Shown here piece by piece: positions 17,901 through 20,456 of a DNA stretch of 20,456 bases. Source of the DNA: Candidatus Helarchaeota archaeon (GTDB lineage: Archaea; Asgardarchaeota; Lokiarchaeia; Helarchaeales; RDOG01). Each line of letters opens with the position of its first letter. The first letter of the stretch is position 1. The stretch is taken from assembly GCA_019058315.1 (NCBI GenBank), contig JAHPZH010000007.1:255089-275544 (forward strand), in the 5' to 3' direction. Position numbers and translations under genes: made by a program. The notes under the pieces were generated by a model. That model made no database searches, had not been told where the DNA came from, and saw only the letters and a program-made list of their open reading frames with translations.

Positions 17901-20456
17901 ATTGGGGAGGAAACGCAGGTGGTGATACCTGGGGAATCGATCATTATAATGTATATCGGAGAGTAGGTGCTGGTAGTCTTGACTTTCTTGCTTCAGTAGA
18001 TTACCCACAAACCTATTATATTGATTATGATGTAACTAATAATGGTTGGTACAGTTATCTTGTTGAAGTTTGCGATAACGCAGTGCCTGAAAATAAATAT
18101 AACGGGACTGAACTTTCTTCAGTGCAGTTAATCGTAACAGGTCCTGGAGCTATTGAAATTTTAAATGTTACAACTACCCCTACAACAGTTAATCAAGGTG
18201 ATACTGGTATATCAGTAACTGCTGCCGTCCGAAATCCAGGCGGTGTTCAAGTTGAACTATATTATTTAAAATTACGATTCTTTAAAGATTTATTAAATGT
18301 CACTAATGAATATACCCAATCTGCTCCTTCACCTTCTTTAAATCAGACATTAGCTTCAGAAGCGACTCAAGTTTTTACTTTCACCGTGGATGTTTCAGCA
18401 TCAGCTACTGTAGGTACGATCACTCTTGATGCGGTTGCAAAAGCTCAAGAATCTGGAAAAACTCCTGTAACGGATTCATCAGCAGCGTTAACAGATTCTT
18501 GGGAAGTTCTAGCACCAAGTAATCCACCTCCCTCCCTTGTGGCAGGTGCACCAGACATCACATTAACTGAAGGTGCTGTTGCAGGTTACGACCTGGAATG
18601 GGCATGGACTGATACAGATCCTAGTGAGTATAATATCACTTTGATCGATACTTATCTAGCTGACGGCACTTGGTCTGTCGGCACCAATGTATCGTATACC
18701 CTACCTGCATTATCAGCTGGCACGTACGAGTATATGTGCGGTGTGAACGACAGTGCGGGCAGCTGGACATCAGATAACGTGACAGTGACGGTTAATCCTC
18801 CTGCAGATACCACACCTCCGAATTTATTGGCGGGTGCCCCTGACATCACGTTGGAACTAGGCTCTGTTGCGGGATACACGTTAGAATGGGATTGGAATGA
18901 TGCAAATCCTAACGAGTATAATATCACACTTATTGATACTTATCTTGCTGACGGCACTTGGTCTGTTGGGACCAATGTAACCTATACCCTTCCTGCGTTA
19001 GGAGAAGGCACCTACAATTATATGTGTGGCGTGAACGACACTGCGGGTAACTGGGCATCTGACAACGTGACGGTGACGGTGCAAGATACCATTCCTCCAC
19101 AATGGAATAATTTAGTAGAGATTTCTGACCCAGTAGAATTAGGAGGTTATTTCTGGGTTAGGATTAATGTTACCGATCTTTCAGGAGTTAATCAAGTTCT
19201 TTTTGAGATTGAAGGAACTAATTACACGATGGTAAATATTGGTGGAGATATGTACTTTAACGATACATGGGTTCCAACTAATCTTGGATTAATTCCATAT
19301 ACTATATATATGGAGGATAATCCTTGGAATACTACAATTTCAAATGTTACGGTGGTAGACAATACGGTACCCTCCCTTGTGGCAGGTGCACCAGATATCA
19401 CTTTAGAACTTGGCTCTGTTGCAGGATATAACCTGGAATGGGCCTGGTATGATTTAGCTCCTAATTATTATAATATCACCCTTATTAATACTTATTTAGC
19501 TGATGGCACCTGGTCTGTCGGTACCAATGTAACCTACACCCTTCCAGCATTGGGATTAGGAACATATGAATATATGTGCGGCGTGAACGACACGTCGGGC
19601 AATTGGGCGTCTGATAACGTTACGGTAACGGTGGAAGACACTACGAGCCCGAATTTAGTAGCGGGTGCACCTGATATTGCATTAAATGAAGGTTCTGTTG
19701 CTGGGTATAGCTTAGAATGGGCGTGGAACGATTTAGATCCTAACGAGTATAACATCACCCTTATTGATACTTATCTAGCTGACGGCAGCTGGTCTGTCGG
19801 GACCAATGTAACGTATACCCTACCTGCATTAACAGCTGGTACGTACGAGTATATGTGCGGCGTGAACGACACATCAGGCAACTGGGCATCTGACAACGTG
19901 ACGGTGACAGTTATTTTTGTAGACAGTACGCCTCCGAATTTAGTAGCAGGCGCACCAGATATCACGTTAGAGCTAGGCGCTGTTGCGGGCTACGACCTGG
20001 AATGGGCCTGGACTGATTTGGATCCTAACGAGTATAATATCACTCTTGGAGCCAGTTATTTAGCTGATGGCAGCTGGTCAGTCGGCACCAATGTCACATA
20101 TACCCTACCGGCACTAGGTCTTGGCACTTATGTTTATGTGTGCGGCGTGAACGATACGTCGGGCAACTGGGCAGTTGATAGTGTGACCGTAACGGTAGAA
20201 GATCATACTGCACCTTCCCTTGTGGCAGGCGCACCAGATATCACGTTAGAGCTAGGCGCTGTTGCGGGCTACGACCTGGAATGGGCCTGGGATGATTTGG
20301 ATCCGAACGAGTATAATATCACTCTTGGAGCCAGTTATTTAGCTGACGGCACCTGGTCTGTCGGGACCAATGTAACGTATACCCTTCCAGCACTAGGTCT
20401 TGGCACCTATGTTTATGTGTGCGGCGTAAACGACACGTCGGGCAACTGGGCAGTTG
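14975..20456 (+). CDS. Giant secreted/cell-surface glycoprotein (>1827 aa, 3'-truncated): signal peptide, ~600-aa unknown head, Ig-like, 3x FN3-like, CARDB-like and >=6 tandem Ig-like repeats
   Basis: Hand translation of frame +2 is stop-free from 14975 to the window end. Starts MKNKKFKIGMALFLSVLIVS. FN3-like VTIDW..ISHYRLLRS, VTLNW..ISGYRVYRA, IVLDW..IDHYNVYRR (~17129-18135). CARDB-like IEILNVTTTPTTVNQG..VRNPGG (~18140-18520). Many N-x-S/T sequons. Confidence 0.92.
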   Translation, partial: MKNKKFKIGMALFLSVLIVSNFANISSYISVDSTTPFNYIYSSIIFDSIKPPSDIYNIVPPEQTPYLSTSVANEPNLTRVDYPVILRMEEQANIYSAIGGLNESYIRVVYYSGDNEWVEIPFQIDEKGWPFMWWWSGVVGGLGQPVYGNNLTRTHTYVSQNGTSNYEPSNGTDTQVAYALDYDDQICFYAKNGKMVSGSTWWSRNFPYRILVNISDPIDGGHSFMYIYFNNVTKQATPSYTNIVSWDPANLIISTPIYQKQFSSSDPDITTMMRSVAPGFDGADVIHEMDKAFTGLHLSRACTIITIDQFEIDIDIMTYGTWGGTYYNTKGTTIDNPNEEAVQPSNPPNTNGWNGWDTQGDHLAVKNGPVRVILQKSSYEQVFIVNLPIVGDLIAWFVDRPLHLFYKNMEQGDEGIISIPAAGYSVVDAGMWLATVRLNNTYRYDFEAVFGGNPGGYPGYTGADANPDYAVGNEKFMVMSGTDADDDLSNGGSPLTNPPTSPPSGNQGLADYIMMCSEEHGGVWMYLPRQEMMTAIQTYGGTPYMYLNDIGSYSELGGCATGIDLNDGQTVTTDPYYFRIVYGDFTNASDVAKAQLEYKRYKTDLSGRPHGVIEEMPTGPLIEYVVSPTGSIYKDGDTITLIIKADNDGYNATIDWSAIDSTAGVAVATSVGPGTHQYMATHTISTSNSLGDGVKNIFCEVTNLSTFLTANNTFESELDNTNPVAAQPSAPPTPIGGTSVTIDWSASPGSDAGDVKRISHYRLLRSTSSGPPYETFVGNTTVTWSNETSETSMLATGLSAGMNYFMLQTFDLVDLVSNATQVSTQVVLAVDTPAELDALPTYTGHNSTGGVSVTLNWTDNPGSDADGPISGYRVYRATHAFPQTGPVGSFVDVSGLLGSSTTVWTDQSLDISDENDKFIYMLATRDALNNWANSSPVNTILDLSIQTYAQPEDLDAASPPDGDNQYRSPTAQIVLDWGGNAGGDTWGIDHYNVYRRVGAGSLDFLASVDYPQTYYIDYDVTNNGWYSYLVEVCDNAVPENKYNGTELSSVQLIVTGPGAIEILNVTTTPTTVNQGDTGISVTAAVRNPGGVQVELYYLKLRFFKDLLNVTNEYTQSAPSPSLNQTLASEATQVFTFTVDVSASATVGTITLDAVAKAQESGKTPVTDSSAALTDSWEVLAPSNPPPSLVAGAPDITLTEGAVAGYDLEWAWTDTDPSEYNITLIDTYLADGTWSVGTNVSYTLPALSAGTYEYMCGVNDSAGSWTSDNVTVTVNPPADTTPPNLLAGAPDITLELGSVAGYTLEWDWNDANPNEYNITLIDTYLADGTWSVGTNVTYTLPALGEGTYNYMCGVNDTAGNWASDNVTVTVQDTIPPQWNNLVEISDPVELGGYFWVRINVTDLSGVNQVLFEIEGTNYTMVNIGGDMYFNDTWVPTNLGLIPYTIYMEDNPWNTTISNVTVVDNTVPSLVAGAPDITLELGSVAGYNLEWAWYDLAPNYYNITLINTYLADGTWSVGTNVTYTLPALGLGTYEYMCGVNDTSGNWASDNVTVTVEDTTSPNLVAGAPDIALNEGSVAGYSLEWAWNDLDPNEYNITLIDTYLADGSWSVGTNVTYTLPALTAGTYEYMCGVNDTSGNWASDNVTVTVIFVDSTPPNLVAGAPDITLELGAVAGYDLEWAWTDLDPNEYNITLGASYLADGSWSVGTNVTYTLPALGLGTYVYVCGVNDTSGNWAVDSVTVTVEDHTAPSLVAGAPDITLELGAVAGYDLEWAWDDLDPNEYNITLGASYLADGTWSVGTNVTYTLPALGLGTYVYVCGVNDTSGNWAV
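18530..20456 (+). repeat. Coding tandem array of ~279-bp (93-96 aa) Ig-like repeats, interrupted by one unrelated 91-aa Ig-like unit
   Basis: Units PxLVAGAPDITL...EWAW.D..P.EYNITL..YLADGTWSVGTNVTYTLPAL..GTYEYMCGVND..GNW..D.VTVTV start at 18530, 18818, 19370, 19649, 19934 and 20213 (truncated). The different unit is at 19097-19369. Confidence 0.93.

Noticed and set aside
15866-19965. Six short minus-strand ORFs (15866, 16189, 17802, 18652, 19534, 19771)
   Set aside because: Antisense shadows of the giant plus-strand gene; their mutual similarity just mirrors the Ig repeats.
13497-20456. Integrated provirus/plasmid or active invertible-promoter (phase variation) system
   Set aside because: No tRNA, att direct repeats, replication or virion genes; no convincing long inverted repeats around the promoter; the recombinase lacks its catalytic Tyr.
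18530-20456. CRISPR array or diversity-generating retroelement TR/VR pair
   Set aside because: Repeats are in-frame 279-bp coding units without spacers, differences are mostly synonymous and not adenine-specific, and no cas or reverse transcriptase gene is present.

Overview
AT-rich archaeal chromosomal segment, most likely Asgard (Lokiarchaeia/Helarchaeales-like). This is inferred from archaeal TATA/GGAGG-GGTG signals, Lys-rich proteins and the style of the Ig-like surface repeats. Left to right: (1) the C-terminal end of a membrane-anchored protein with DxDxDG Ca-binding repeats; (2) a four-gene 2-oxoacid:ferredoxin oxidoreductase operon (delta-alpha-beta-gamma, minus strand); (3) a PHP phosphoesterase; (4) two tandem SDRs, one degenerate; (5) a ketose 3-epimerase and a xylose/L-rhamnose-isomerase-like gene; (6) a coiled-coil protein with a TrmB/PLD-like C-terminal domain; (7) a multi-TM protein with a C4 zinc ribbon; (8) a type-I membrane protein with tandem GIFT (GldG/IFT52/DUF4350-like) domains; (9) an intact tyrosine-recombinase-fold gene that lacks the HxxR motif and the nucleophilic Tyr. 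Divergent from (9) is a giant (>1827 aa) secreted surface-protein gene at 14975->end, absent from the supplied ORF track because it has no stop in the window. It has an unknown head, FN3/CARDB-like domains and a mosaic array of ~93-aa Lys-free Ig-like repeats. The best candidate for an undescribed system is the 'dead recombinase + giant mosaic surface protein' divergent pair. Both window ends fall inside tandem coding repeats, suggesting a contig broken by repeats. All domain calls are by motif recognition by eye; no searches were run.
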